Shown piece after piece: positions 39,424 through 48,922 of a stretch of 51,724 bases of DNA (its first letter is position 1; each line of letters opens with the position of its first letter). Made by a program: the position numbers and the translations under genes. The DNA lies in NCBI GenBank assembly GCA_040754455.1, contig JBFMCP010000022.1, forward strand, positions 2,573-54,296, in the 5' to 3' direction. The notes beneath the pieces were generated by a model. The model saw only the letters and a program-made list of their open reading frames with translations, had not been told where the DNA came from and ran no database searches. Origin of the DNA: Nitrospirota bacterium (GTDB lineage: Bacteria; Nitrospirota; Thermodesulfovibrionia; Thermodesulfovibrionales; Dissulfurispiraceae).

Positions 39424-39736
39424 GTCGGCCTGACGCTCCATATTTTCACCCTGAAAGTAAGGAGCCCTTTCTGCAGTTAGGGTCTCGGTTATATAGGGCA
39501 TGATCATTGCCATGCGTTTAGGTATCATCTCTTCGAGCAGAGAGATATGTTCGAACTCTGCTTATTGCAGATCATGCTTTCAGGAATGGTGCTTCTATTC
39601 CAGTGAGCTCAAGGGCGACTACCCGAAAGTTCCTCTGTATTGCATATTGCAACAGAACTGAAGAAATTTTGAACCGTTCCAGAAGGTTCGAGCCCTTTCT
39701 CTTTACTTTTATCTCTCGCCTATGGTTTTTTAAAGA

Positions 39737-41326
39737 ATGTCCCTCAAGAAAAAAATAGCGCTCAGCTTTGTCATCAGCGCTTCCGTCATAGCTATCCTTG
39801 TTTCCTTTGAATATCTCAATTTCGTAGAGATCAGAAAGGAGATACGTCATCTCGAGATTACCGACACCATCAGGAGCAAATCGCTGCAATTGCGGCGGCA
39901 TGAGAAAAACTTCTTTCTTTTCCCGGATAAAGCTGCTGAGGAATCAAAAGCGATCTATCAGTACCTTGACGAAATGAGTACGCTCCTGAGCGCTATTCTG
40001 CCGGTGGACAGGACTGGAAAGCTGTCACATTTTAAGCGGCTGATCAGCGAGTATCGGCTGCGCTTTAATGTCATCGAATCCTCAATACGGGACCTCGCCG
40101 ATGCCTTGGACAGCAGTCCTTGCCGTAGCCGCACGTTCTATCCGCTTATAGAGCTGACCTACCGTGAGCAGCCGCTCCGGACTGCCGAGTTCCTGAGAGG
40201 TCTTTACTCACTGCCCGACGATCATCGAATCATTACCGGCCTTAAGGTGCTCGATGCGGATATAAATGCGCTCAGGAAGACCGGCGAGGATATCCTTGTC
40301 TATTCAAAAGAACTGGACAGGGTTGCACGGGTGAATGTCGAGAGTACCATCCATATGTCTCAGATCGCTATTGTCGTATTTTTTCCCCTGTTCTTTGTGA
40401 CGGGCATTGTCACGCTTTTCTTCATCGGCAAGAATGTAGTGAACCGGCTCAACCTGCTTATCGGGGTCGTCGAGAAGACCGGCGAAGGCCACTTCGCCCA
40501 GGTGGAGGTGCCCTCAATGAAATGGGGCGGCGATGAGGTCGGCGTACTCATTCAGAAATTCAACAGCATGGAGCAGCAGCTTGCCCAGCGTGATATAGAA
40601 CTTGAGAAGAAAAACAAGGAACTGCTCCAGACCAAGAAACTCGCAGCCATCGGTACGCTGGCATCGGGAGTTGCCCATGAACTCAACAATCCGTTGAACA
40701 ACATCTATATTTCCGCCCAGGTGCTCGAGCGTGAGGCATCGAATAAATGCTCTCCCGAGGTCCTTGAAACCTTGAATGACATTCTTGGCCAGACTGTCCG
40801 GGTAAAGAGGATCGTCGGCGACCTTCTCGAATTTGCGCGCGGAAAGGAGCCGCAGATGCGGGAAATGGAGCTCAACGAGCTCGTCATGGGAGCGTACAAG
40901 CTGGTGAGTACGACCGTCGATACCGAAAAAATAAACTTTACCTTGAGCTCCGATCCCGAGAAGGTGGCGATCCATGCCGATCCAGAGCAGATGGAACGCG
41001 TCTTCATCAATCTCTTTACCAATGCCGTTGATGCTATGTCCGGAGCGGGCGAGCTCTGGGTCAGGATCCGGCAGATCAACAACATGATCGAAATCAAGAT
41101 ATCCGATACCGGCAGGGGCATGCCTGCCGAAGCAGTGGAAAAGATGTTCGAGCCCTTTTATACGACAAAGGATAAAGGCACTGGCCTCGGACTTGCTATT
41201 GTGTTTAATATAATAAAGAAGCACGCAGGGGACATCACGGCATCGAGCGAGGAGGGAAAAGGAACGACCTTTACCATTATCCTGCCTGTTAATCCTTATA
41301 TAACAGGTCGAAGAGAGCAAGCATGA
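39737..41326 (+). CDS. Membrane sensor histidine kinase (HAMP, NtrB-type)
   Basis: Two TM segments, HAMP, GVAHELNNPL, NLFTNA, EPFYTTK..GTGLGL. Confidence 0.93.
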   Translation: MSLKKKIALSFVISASVIAILVSFEYLNFVEIRKEIRHLEITDTIRSKSLQLRRHEKNFFLFPDKAAEESKAIYQYLDEMSTLLSAILPVDRTGKLSHFKRLISEYRLRFNVIESSIRDLADALDSSPCRSRTFYPLIELTYREQPLRTAEFLRGLYSLPDDHRIITGLKVLDADINALRKTGEDILVYSKELDRVARVNVESTIHMSQIAIVVFFPLFFVTGIVTLFFIGKNVVNRLNLLIGVVEKTGEGHFAQVEVPSMKWGGDEVGVLIQKFNSMEQQLAQRDIELEKKNKELLQTKKLAAIGTLASGVAHELNNPLNNIYISAQVLEREASNKCSPEVLETLNDILGQTVRVKRIVGDLLEFARGKEPQMREMELNELVMGAYKLVSTTVDTEKINFTLSSDPEKVAIHADPEQMERVFINLFTNAVDAMSGAGELWVRIRQINNMIEIKISDTGRGMPAEAVEKMFEPFYTTKDKGTGLGLAIVFNIIKKHAGDITASSEEGKGTTFTIILPVNPYITGRREQA

Positions 41327-42675
41327 ACTTCAGGATCCTTATTGCAGAAGATGAAGAAATCACCTTGAAGCACCTCGTCAACACACTGAAGAAAGAGGGC
41401 TACGAGGTGCTCGGCGTGAAGAACGGCCGCGAGGCGCTGGAGCAGCTTTCTTCTGACCGGTATGACGTCCTCATCACCGATATCAAGATGCCCGAGATGA
41501 ACGGTATCGAACTGCTCGAAAAGGCGAAGGAGAGAGATAACGAGATAGAGGTGTTGATCATCACCGGCTTCGGCAGCATCGGCTCCGCAGTGGAGGCTAT
41601 GAAAAAAGGAGCTTATGAATACATCACCAAGCCGTTCGATCTGGACGAGCTGATCCTGAAAGTGAAGAACCTGCACGAACGCAAGCTCCTCAAGAAAGAG
41701 AACACGGCCCTGAAGGCTTATTTCGGGATGAACAGGAAAGTCTCCATTATCGCCCGGAGCAAGAGTATGCAGAATATCCTGAATATCATAGAGGGCATCA
41801 AGGATTCGGACTGCAATGTGCTGCTGACCGGCGAAAGCGGCGTCGGCAAGAGTCTCCTTGCAAAGATCATCCATTTCACGAGCAGACGGCAGGGCATGCC
41901 CTTTCTTTCGATCAACTGCGCGACGCTTACCGAAGAGCTCCTGGCGAGTGAGTTGTTCGGGCACGAGAAGGGCTCGTTCACCGGGGCAGTGCGGATGAAG
42001 CAGGGTCTCGTCGAGATTGCCGATAAAGGCACGCTGTTCCTCGATGAGATTGCCGAGATGGCGACCAACCTGCAGGCAAAGCTGCTCAAGGTCATCGAGG
42101 AGGGAGAGTTTTACCGTGTAGGCGGGACAAAGCCGATCCGGGTGGATGTGCGGTTCATTGCCGCCACCAACCAACAGGTGAAGAAGCTCATTACCGAGGG
42201 ACGGTTCAGGGAAGACCTCTATTACCGTCTCAATGTCATGGAAATCTTCATTCCTCCGCTGCGGGACCGAAAGGACGATATTGAGCCGCTGAGCGCATAC
42301 TTCCTGCAGAAGCATCTGCCCAAGTCGAACAAGAACATAAAGGGGATCTCGAAGGAAACAATGGAGGTCCTGATGCACTACAGCTTCCCCGGCAATGTGA
42401 GAGAGCTTGAAAATATTATCGAACGGGCGATCATCCTCGAAAAGAGCGCCTATATTACTCCCGAAAGCCTGCCCCAGAGCCTGACCATGTTCCAGATCGA
42501 GACTATCGAACCCGGCAAGCTCAAGACGATCGACGAGCTCAACAAAGAATACGCAGAAAAGGTCGTCGACATGTATGGCGGCAACAGATCCAAAGCGGCG
42601 GAGGTTCTCGGCATATCGCGGACAAGCCTCTGGCGCATATTGAAAGAGGAACAATCCTCGAACACAGAAGAATAA
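41323..42675 (+). CDS. Sigma54-dependent response regulator (NtrC/AtoC family)
   Basis: REC, GESGVGK, SELFGHEKGSFTGA, FREDLYYRL, C-terminal Fis HTH. Confidence 0.95.
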   Translation: MNFRILIAEDEEITLKHLVNTLKKEGYEVLGVKNGREALEQLSSDRYDVLITDIKMPEMNGIELLEKAKERDNEIEVLIITGFGSIGSAVEAMKKGAYEYITKPFDLDELILKVKNLHERKLLKKENTALKAYFGMNRKVSIIARSKSMQNILNIIEGIKDSDCNVLLTGESGVGKSLLAKIIHFTSRRQGMPFLSINCATLTEELLASELFGHEKGSFTGAVRMKQGLVEIADKGTLFLDEIAEMATNLQAKLLKVIEEGEFYRVGGTKPIRVDVRFIAATNQQVKKLITEGRFREDLYYRLNVMEIFIPPLRDRKDDIEPLSAYFLQKHLPKSNKNIKGISKETMEVLMHYSFPGNVRELENIIERAIILEKSAYITPESLPQSLTMFQIETIEPGKLKTIDELNKEYAEKVVDMYGGNRSKAAEVLGISRTSLWRILKEEQSSNTEE

Positions 42676-42684
42676 GCGGCTGAG

Positions 42685-43197
42685 ATGATGCACAAAGGTA
42701 TTTTAATTATCATATCACTCGTCCTGCTGCTCTCTGCAGCGTGCTCCTCGGAATTCGATAAAAAGAAATTCACCAAAGTGCACCAGGCTGCATATGCGGT
42801 CAAAAATGCCATCGCAGAAGGCTGCGACTATCAGCAGTTTAGTGAAGTGCTGAAGAACTTTTCCGGTGAACTAGCAACCCTTAAAGGGAAGGTAGAATCC
42901 GAAAAAGAGAAAGAACTGCTCAATGATTATTCCGCTCTTCTTGCAATGTACCATGACGGCTACCTATTATGGAAATACAAGAATGAATTTACCCGCTACG
43001 GCTTTGTTCCCAAAGGTCTGATCTATGTAGGGCAGGACGTTGAGCCGATTGCGGAAAAGTACCGCATTCCCACTGAAGAGCACGTCTATACGCCTACTCA
43101 TAAGGCATGGAAGAGCATCCCTGAAAGCTCCATCCGTATTGTCTGGATGAACGCCGAGTCGCAATTGAAGATAATAGACAATATTTTGAATTACTGA
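42685..43197 (+). CDS. Hypothetical lipoprotein
   Basis: Signal peptide with lipobox-like SAAC; no recognised domain. Confidence 0.65.
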   Translation: MMHKGILIIISLVLLLSAACSSEFDKKKFTKVHQAAYAVKNAIAEGCDYQQFSEVLKNFSGELATLKGKVESEKEKELLNDYSALLAMYHDGYLLWKYKNEFTRYGFVPKGLIYVGQDVEPIAEKYRIPTEEHVYTPTHKAWKSIPESSIRIVWMNAESQLKIIDNILNY

Positions 43198-43238
43198 ACC
43201 TGGCTTCCCGGAAGTAATTTCGTCTCAAAATCACTCTG

Positions 43239-43487
43239 CGTTCAAATTTGAAACGCAACTTTCCCGCATAATTTAAATTCCACATGAAAGTGACATGAGT
43301 GCGAATAACCTTTTTTTATTCGCAGAACTAATGGAATCAAACTCTTGAGTCTGTTTATCTGACCTCGTTTCAAAGCCAAGAAAGAAAACACCGTTCAGGA
43401 CCGTTCACATTTGAAACAATGAAAGTGCCTGTTTGTGTATGAAAACTAAATAAAAACAGATGCTTGCGAGCTGGCACTGCAGTTGCT
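43239..43487 (+). promoter_or_regulatory. Sigma54 promoter with candidate enhancer sites
   Basis: TGGCACTGCAGTTGCT (43472-43487); near-identical quasi-palindromes CGTTCAAATTTGAAAC (43239-43254) and CGTTCACATTTGAAAC (43402-43417). Confidence 0.8.
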
Positions 43488-43523
43488 TTAGATATCTGTG
43501 AATCCTAAACAGTGGAGGGAAGG

Positions 43524-44012
43524 ATGAGAAAAAAGCAGCTTTTGTTTGTGACCTACCATGATGAGAACTTCGAGGAGGGCCTTTCGTATGCCGTCGATCT
43601 CGCAAAGACGATGAATGACGGCATTTCCATACTTATGATTTACAAAAGGACGGTGATGGAGAAGTTCGGAGATTTGATGACCGTGGTTACTTTCGCCGAG
43701 GCGGGTGAGCACAAAACGGCACGGGAGATGATCAGTGAGGACTACAAGAAGCATAACAGGGATTATGAAGAAAGATTAGCGCAGTTGGTCGAGAAATGCA
43801 GGGAGGCGGATATCAACGTAGAGGTAAGCACCGCAGCGATGGATATCGTTTCGGCAATCAGGAATTTCATTAGACAGAACACGGGCATCGATATGGTTTT
43901 GCTGAGTCCGAGTATTACCAACGACAGCAATATTACCACCAAGGAGCTTAACCGCCTGGTGAAGACGGCTTCGAGACCGGTGGTGACGATGGCAAAAAAC
44001 AGCGCTGCATGA
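43524..44012 (+). CDS. Hypothetical protein, degenerate USP-like
   Basis: LSYAVDLAK, IDMVLLSP, RLVKTASRPVVT resemble the USP fold; ATG 43524. Confidence 0.6.
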   Translation: MRKKQLLFVTYHDENFEEGLSYAVDLAKTMNDGISILMIYKRTVMEKFGDLMTVVTFAEAGEHKTAREMISEDYKKHNRDYEERLAQLVEKCREADINVEVSTAAMDIVSAIRNFIRQNTGIDMVLLSPSITNDSNITTKELNRLVKTASRPVVTMAKNSAA

Positions 44013-44058
44013 TTGCAGGCAATAATATTAATCGAATAGAGGGAGGAAAGGAGGATTC

Positions 44059-44976
44059 ATGTATCTGTATTTACCGGTAGCATTGACAAGCATCAATATT
44101 TTGATTCCCGTAGGCCTCGGCCTTGCGGTCGGGCTGCTCTCAGGGCTCTTCGGGGTGGGCGGCGGATTCCTTATGACACCGCTGCTCATCATGTTCGGCA
44201 TTCCTTCGACGGTTGCTGCAGCGACTGACTCGAACCAGATCGTCGCAGCATCGACTTCAGGCACCTATGCGCACTGGAAAGTGGGCAACGTGGATTTCAA
44301 AATGGGGTTGTATCTGCTGGCAGGCGGCTTTGTGGGAGGTCTGCTCGGTGTTCAGGGAATCAAAATTCTCAAGGCGATGGGAAATGCGGACTTCGTGATC
44401 AAGATGACCTATGTGCTCATGCTCGGCATTGTAGGTACGTACATGTTCATTGAGAGCATCCAGAGTATGAGGAGAAAGAAAACGGAAGAGGTGAAGGCAG
44501 AAAAGGAATCAGGCATGACGAAGTTCCTCAAATCTCTTCCCCTGCAGACACACTTCGAGAAGTCGGGTGTTACGCATTCAGTGCTGGTGCCGATCATCTT
44601 TGGCGGCTTCGTTGGCATACTGGCGGCGATAATGGGGGTGGGCGGTGGATTTCTCATGGTGCCGGTGATGGTCTATATCCTGAGGATGCCCATGCATGTG
44701 GTCGTCGGGACAAGCCTTTTCCAGATTCTCTTCAACTGTATCGAAGTGACATTTCTCCAGGCCTACACGAACCACAATGTGGACTTCATCCTTGCGGTGC
44801 TGCTGCTGATCGGTTCGACCTTCGGCGCACAGATCGGCGCGGTATTTGGCAGAAAGCTCAAAGGTGAACAGCTCAAGGTCATTCTTGCCGTCATCGTGCT
44901 TGCCGTTACCGTCAAGATCATCTTCGAGCTTACCTTAACGCCATCGCTACTTATTGCACAGGCAGGAGGACACTAA
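44059..44976 (+). CDS. Sulfite exporter TauE/SafE (TSUP) family permease
   Basis: SGLFGVGGGFLMTP and AIMGVGGGFLMVP repeats; VGTSLFQI. Confidence 0.93.
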   Translation: MYLYLPVALTSINILIPVGLGLAVGLLSGLFGVGGGFLMTPLLIMFGIPSTVAAATDSNQIVAASTSGTYAHWKVGNVDFKMGLYLLAGGFVGGLLGVQGIKILKAMGNADFVIKMTYVLMLGIVGTYMFIESIQSMRRKKTEEVKAEKESGMTKFLKSLPLQTHFEKSGVTHSVLVPIIFGGFVGILAAIMGVGGGFLMVPVMVYILRMPMHVVVGTSLFQILFNCIEVTFLQAYTNHNVDFILAVLLLIGSTFGAQIGAVFGRKLKGEQLKVILAVIVLAVTVKIIFELTLTPSLLIAQAGGH

Positions 44977-44977
44977 A

Positions 44978-45802
44978 ATGACAGAATACAGAATACAGAA
45001 GTCAGAATCCAGAACACAGAAGACGAAGAACAGACAAAAGGTATTTTTGATAGTTGTGGTTGCTCTTATGCTCTTCGTTATCGGCGGGACAGCATCGGCG
45101 GAGCTGACGGTAACAGCAAACCACGATCATATCAAGATCGATTTCTTCTACCATGGAAGCTCGGTAAGCATAAGGGGCGTCTCCGATCCCGGCACCGATC
45201 TCATCGTCAAGATCACCTCTCCCGAAGGACACCAGCTGTTGAAGAAGAAGGGAAAGGTCGCAGGCTTTTTGTGGATGAATGTGGGAGATCTGAATTTTGA
45301 GAACGTCCCCAATCTTTATTCGGTCCACAGCACCAAAAAGCTCGATGAGCTATTGATCAGCGAAGAGCTGGACCGGTATGTTATCGGCTATCCTGCACTG
45401 GAAAAGCATATAGAAATCACTCCGGTGGCGAACGCTGAAGAAAAGGAAAAGTGGTTTAACGAATTCCTGAAATTCAAACAGGACGCAAACCTCTATGCGA
45501 CATCCGAAGGAAAGATATCGGTCAACCAGCAGGACGGCAAACAGAACTACTACGTGCTGCTCGACTGGCCCTACCAGGCGGCTCCCGGCAATTACATCGT
45601 TACCGTATATGCCGTGAAGGATAAAAAAGTGATCGACCAGGCTGAGACGAAGGTATTCGTAGAGCAGGTAGGCCTTGTCGAGACCCTTTCGACCATGGCG
45701 AAAAAGAACGCTGCGCTCTATGGATTCATCTCGATCGTGGCGGCATTGGGTGCCGGATTCGGCGTCGGCATGGTATTCAGAAAAGGAGGAGGTGCACACT
45801 AA
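44978..45802 (+). CDS. TIGR02186-like transmembrane protein
   Basis: Signal segment, IDFFYHG, KKKGKVAGFLWMN, C-terminal TM; usual TSUP partner. Confidence 0.78.
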   Translation: MTEYRIQKSESRTQKTKNRQKVFLIVVVALMLFVIGGTASAELTVTANHDHIKIDFFYHGSSVSIRGVSDPGTDLIVKITSPEGHQLLKKKGKVAGFLWMNVGDLNFENVPNLYSVHSTKKLDELLISEELDRYVIGYPALEKHIEITPVANAEEKEKWFNEFLKFKQDANLYATSEGKISVNQQDGKQNYYVLLDWPYQAAPGNYIVTVYAVKDKKVIDQAETKVFVEQVGLVETLSTMAKKNAALYGFISIVAALGAGFGVGMVFRKGGGAH

Positions 45803-46734
45803 TGCTGGATGGTAAGGTTGTTCCCCTCGGAACGGTTTCCGGCAAAGAAAAGAGTGTCGTTGAGGCGACAAGCACGATGTATAAGAAGATCGTCGTAGCC
45901 TATGACGGCTCCGAGTTCAGCAAGTCGGCGCTCAGGGAGTCGGCTCAGTGGATAAAGCGACACGGCGGACAGATCACCCTCGTTCATGCCGTCTATTTCG
46001 ACGAAGAAGAATTCGGCAATGCACCTGAGCAGATAGAAAAACGGTTTGCGGTCGGCAAGCGAATGTGTCTCCAATCAAAGGAGGATATATCCGCCGAATT
46101 CGGTATCAAGGTCGAATCGATCGTCTGCCAGGGAGATCCCCCGAAAGTAATCGATGATATTGCCTGGGAGAAAAAGGCCGATCTTGTCGCAATCGGCACC
46201 CACGGACGAAAGGGGCTGAAACGCCTGATCATGGGCAGTGTCACCGCCCATGTCATCCTCAATGCCCCTTGTGATGTGCTGGTGGTGAAGAAACCCTGCA
46301 CCGCATGCACCGGAACCTACGAGTCCATTCTCGTCCCCTATGACGGCTCCGAATTCAGCAAACTCGCACTGAACCGTGCATGCCGGATCGCGAAGATCGA
46401 CGGCGCGGACGTGACCGTGCTCTATGTCATCCCCCGATACGAGGAGATGATCGGCTTTGTGAAGACCGAAGGCATAAAGAACAGCCTTCATCAGGAGGCG
46501 CAGAGGATTGTCAACAGCGCTGCAGTGATTGCATCGGCCCAGGACATCACCTTAAAGACGGTGATCGAGGAGGGATCCGCCAGCGACAAGATTGTCGAGA
46601 TCGCCTCGCTTTTCAAGAACGATCTGATTGTTATGGGAAGCTACGGATGGAAAGGCGTGAGCAAGGCGATCATGGGAAGCACTACCGAGCGGGTTATTAT
46701 GAACGCAACGTGTCCCATATTAATAGTGAGGTAA
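45802..46734 (+). CDS. Tandem universal stress protein
   Basis: Two USP domains (YDGSEFS twice; GTHGRKG..MGSV; GSYG...MGSTTERV); start may be 45877. Confidence 0.9.
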   Translation: MLDGKVVPLGTVSGKEKSVVEATSTMYKKIVVAYDGSEFSKSALRESAQWIKRHGGQITLVHAVYFDEEEFGNAPEQIEKRFAVGKRMCLQSKEDISAEFGIKVESIVCQGDPPKVIDDIAWEKKADLVAIGTHGRKGLKRLIMGSVTAHVILNAPCDVLVVKKPCTACTGTYESILVPYDGSEFSKLALNRACRIAKIDGADVTVLYVIPRYEEMIGFVKTEGIKNSLHQEAQRIVNSAAVIASAQDITLKTVIEEGSASDKIVEIASLFKNDLIVMGSYGWKGVSKAIMGSTTERVIMNATCPILIVR

Positions 46735-46739
46735 AAGGA

Positions 46740-47156
46740 ATGAAGGGATGTAGAAAAGTTTTAATCGCGGTGAACGGTTCAAAGGAAGTACTCGTCGAAG
46801 GGTTGAAGATCGCCCAGGACGAAAAGTGCTGGGTGACGGTGGTGAAGGTGGTGCCGCCTCATGAAGGCGACCTCGACCTTACTGGCGTCAGGAATATCGG
46901 CGCTGTCCTCGACAGCGGAGGCTCGAAGGCGGTCTCAGAGATAAAGGACATGGCAGAGGCGGAACGTGCGCTCATCAAAGCGCGCCTCGAAGAGGGCGAG
47001 GTGCACAAAAAGATACTCGAAGTGGCGGAAGAAGAGCGATGCGATCTCATCATCATGGGAGCCCGGCAGATGAAGAAAGGGCTCCGGCGGCTCTTCGGCG
47101 ATAATGCCGTCGAGAAAGTGATCAGCCAGGCACCCTGCCCGGTGCTGGTGGTGTAA
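46740..47156 (+). CDS. Universal stress protein
   Basis: KVLIAVNGS, CDLIIMGA, FGDNAVEKVISQAPCPVLVV; ATG 46740. Confidence 0.88.
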   Translation: MKGCRKVLIAVNGSKEVLVEGLKIAQDEKCWVTVVKVVPPHEGDLDLTGVRNIGAVLDSGGSKAVSEIKDMAEAERALIKARLEEGEVHKKILEVAEEERCDLIIMGARQMKKGLRRLFGDNAVEKVISQAPCPVLVV

Positions 47157-47194
47157 GCGTAGGTATAGTACCTTCAACAAAATATGCACATAGC

Positions 47195-47245
47195 ATGAGA
47201 GTCTCGAGGTAAAACACTATAGTGATTTTATCTCGAGACTCTCAT
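47195..47245. terminator. 51-bp near-perfect palindrome between convergent genes
   Basis: ATGAGAGTCTCGAGGTAAAACACTA / TAGTGATTTTATCTCGAGACTCTCAT. Confidence 0.55.
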
Positions 47246-47622
47246 ACACGTACCTTACTTCCCGCATGTTTCAGCCGCGCCCGTTTTTTACCCCTGGCCT
47301 TCTGCTTCCTGATCTTTTCACGCTTGAGCTCCTCGTTGGTAGGTTTTCCCGAGCGCCGTTCCAGCTCCTCAACGAGCTCTCGCCGCGCGAGAAAGCGATT
47401 GACCGACTGGCTCCGGTCTTTCATGCACTTTATTTCGATGCCGGTAGGGAGATGTTTGATATAAACGCAGGTTGATGTCTTGTTGACGTGCTGGCCGCCT
47501 TTACCCGAAGCGCGTATGAACTTTTCCTCGATATCGCTCTCTTTGACGCCGAGCTCCTCCATCTTGTTCTTGAGCCATCGATTCTTCTCTTCGCTGACGG
47601 CAAAGGTAACCATTGATGTCAT
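47242..47622 (-). CDS. GGQ peptidyl-tRNA hydrolase, release-factor-like ribosome rescue protein (ArfB/C12orf65-like)
   Basis: FIRASGKGGQHVNKTSTCV, RSQSVNR, basic C-terminal tail. Confidence 0.88.
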   Translation of the reverse strand: MTSMVTFAVSEEKNRWLKNKMEELGVKESDIEEKFIRASGKGGQHVNKTSTCVYIKHLPTGIEIKCMKDRSQSVNRFLARRELVEELERRSGKPTNEELKREKIRKQKARGKKRARLKHAGSKVRV

Positions 47623-47641
47623 ATTCCATTATAGCAAAGAA

Positions 47642-47779
47642 CAGAATCCAGAATTCAGGAGCCGGGGTCCAGAATCCAGAATAAAGAAGGGAAAGGATAA
47701 AGTGAAATTTAGAAATTATAATCCAAAAGGAAAATAACACTCCTCATTTCTTCTAGCTTCTGACTCCTGAATTCTGGCT
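47642..47779. repeat. Heptamer-periodic inverted-repeat element (CAGAATC class)
   Basis: CAGAATC CAGAATT CAGGAGC ... CAGAATC CAGAATA ... TTCTAGC TTCTGAC TCCTGAA TTCTGGC. Confidence 0.75.
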
Positions 47780-47852
47780 TTTCCCGTGTTTGACTGTACT
47801 TACCTCTTCTGTTACGTTTTAATCAGGGGATTGGCGCTTAAGGAGGTACCCT

Positions 47853-48272
47853 ATGCTGGTACGGCAGATAATGCAGAAGAATTTGATAACCGTCTCATTC
47901 CATTCTTCTGTTCAAGAGGCTGCTTCAAAGATGAAACAGAATAACATCGGCTCGATCCTCGTTGTTGAGGACGGCTCAAAGCTCAAGGGAATGGTGACCG
48001 ACAGGGATATTGCTCTCGATGTTGTTGCCGAGAACAAAGACCCGAGGTCGACCTGTGTATGCGATATCATGAGCACGGATGTCATCACCGCAGATGCGGA
48101 CGCTGATATCGATTCCGCAATAAGGATAATGAACAGGGCGAAAGTGATGAGACTCCCGATAACGGAGAACGGAAAGCTGGCGGGTATAGTATCGTTGGCA
48201 GACCTGGCTTCGGTAATGAAGAGCGAGGTCGATCAGTTCATGAGCCTCGAAGAAGCGGTATTAAAGGGATAA
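47853..48272 (+). CDS. CBS-domain pair protein
   Basis: IGSILVVE..LKGMVTDRDI; RLPITENGKLAGIVSLADL; AAGGAGG RBS. Confidence 0.92.
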   Translation: MLVRQIMQKNLITVSFHSSVQEAASKMKQNNIGSILVVEDGSKLKGMVTDRDIALDVVAENKDPRSTCVCDIMSTDVITADADADIDSAIRIMNRAKVMRLPITENGKLAGIVSLADLASVMKSEVDQFMSLEEAVLKG

Positions 48273-48383
48273 CCGTTACAGGACCAATCCCCTCTCCATT
48301 CCTTTAACGACAAGTCGTTAAGAATAATTACCTGCCTTTTTCCCGTCCTCATACTCCCCATTCGTCTGTGCTATTATTTACCT

Positions 48384-48797
48384 ATGGAATTTGAAGTCCT
48401 GGATATATCGGGCGATGTCGGGCTGAGGGCCTACGGACAAAGTAGAGAGGAGGTCTTTGCCAATGCCGGCAGGGGGTTGTACCATCTGATTACCGATATC
48501 TCCGCGGTCGAGGAGAAACAGGACCTTGATGTCGAGGCCGAAGCCGATTCGCCCGAAGGGCTGCTCGTAAACTATCTTAACGAGCTGATATTCCACTTCG
48601 ATACCTATGGATTTATCGGCAGGCGGATTGCAATACGGGAATTGAGCGAAACAGCGATCAAGGCAAAAGTGTACGGAGAGGAATTCGATATCGAACGGCA
48701 TGAGCGCAGGCTGCTCATCAAGGCGGCAACCTACCACAATATCGAGGTTGCCAGGATCAACGGACGATGGGAGATTGCGGTCATTTTTGATATATAA
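48384..48797 (+). CDS. Archease
   Basis: FEVLDISGDVG, LVNYLNELI, IKAATYH, VIFDI; precedes rtcB. Confidence 0.92.
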   Translation: MEFEVLDISGDVGLRAYGQSREEVFANAGRGLYHLITDISAVEEKQDLDVEAEADSPEGLLVNYLNELIFHFDTYGFIGRRIAIRELSETAIKAKVYGEEFDIERHERRLLIKAATYHNIEVARINGRWEIAVIFDI

Positions 48798-48805
48798 CAA
48801 AAACA

Positions 48806-48910
48806 CGGAATCCGGAATTCAGAAGTCAGAAGTCGGAATGAAGAAAAAAAACAACAAGAAGCAGATATAATAACATCCTTTATTCTGGATTCTGACTTCT
48901 GGCTACTGTC
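48806..48910. repeat. Heptamer-periodic inverted-repeat element (CAGAAGT class)
   Basis: CGGAATC CGGAATT CAGAAGT CAGAAGT CGGAATG ... ATTCTGG ATTCTGA CTTCTGG. Confidence 0.78.
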
Positions 48911-48922
48911 TTTTGGAGGTTC

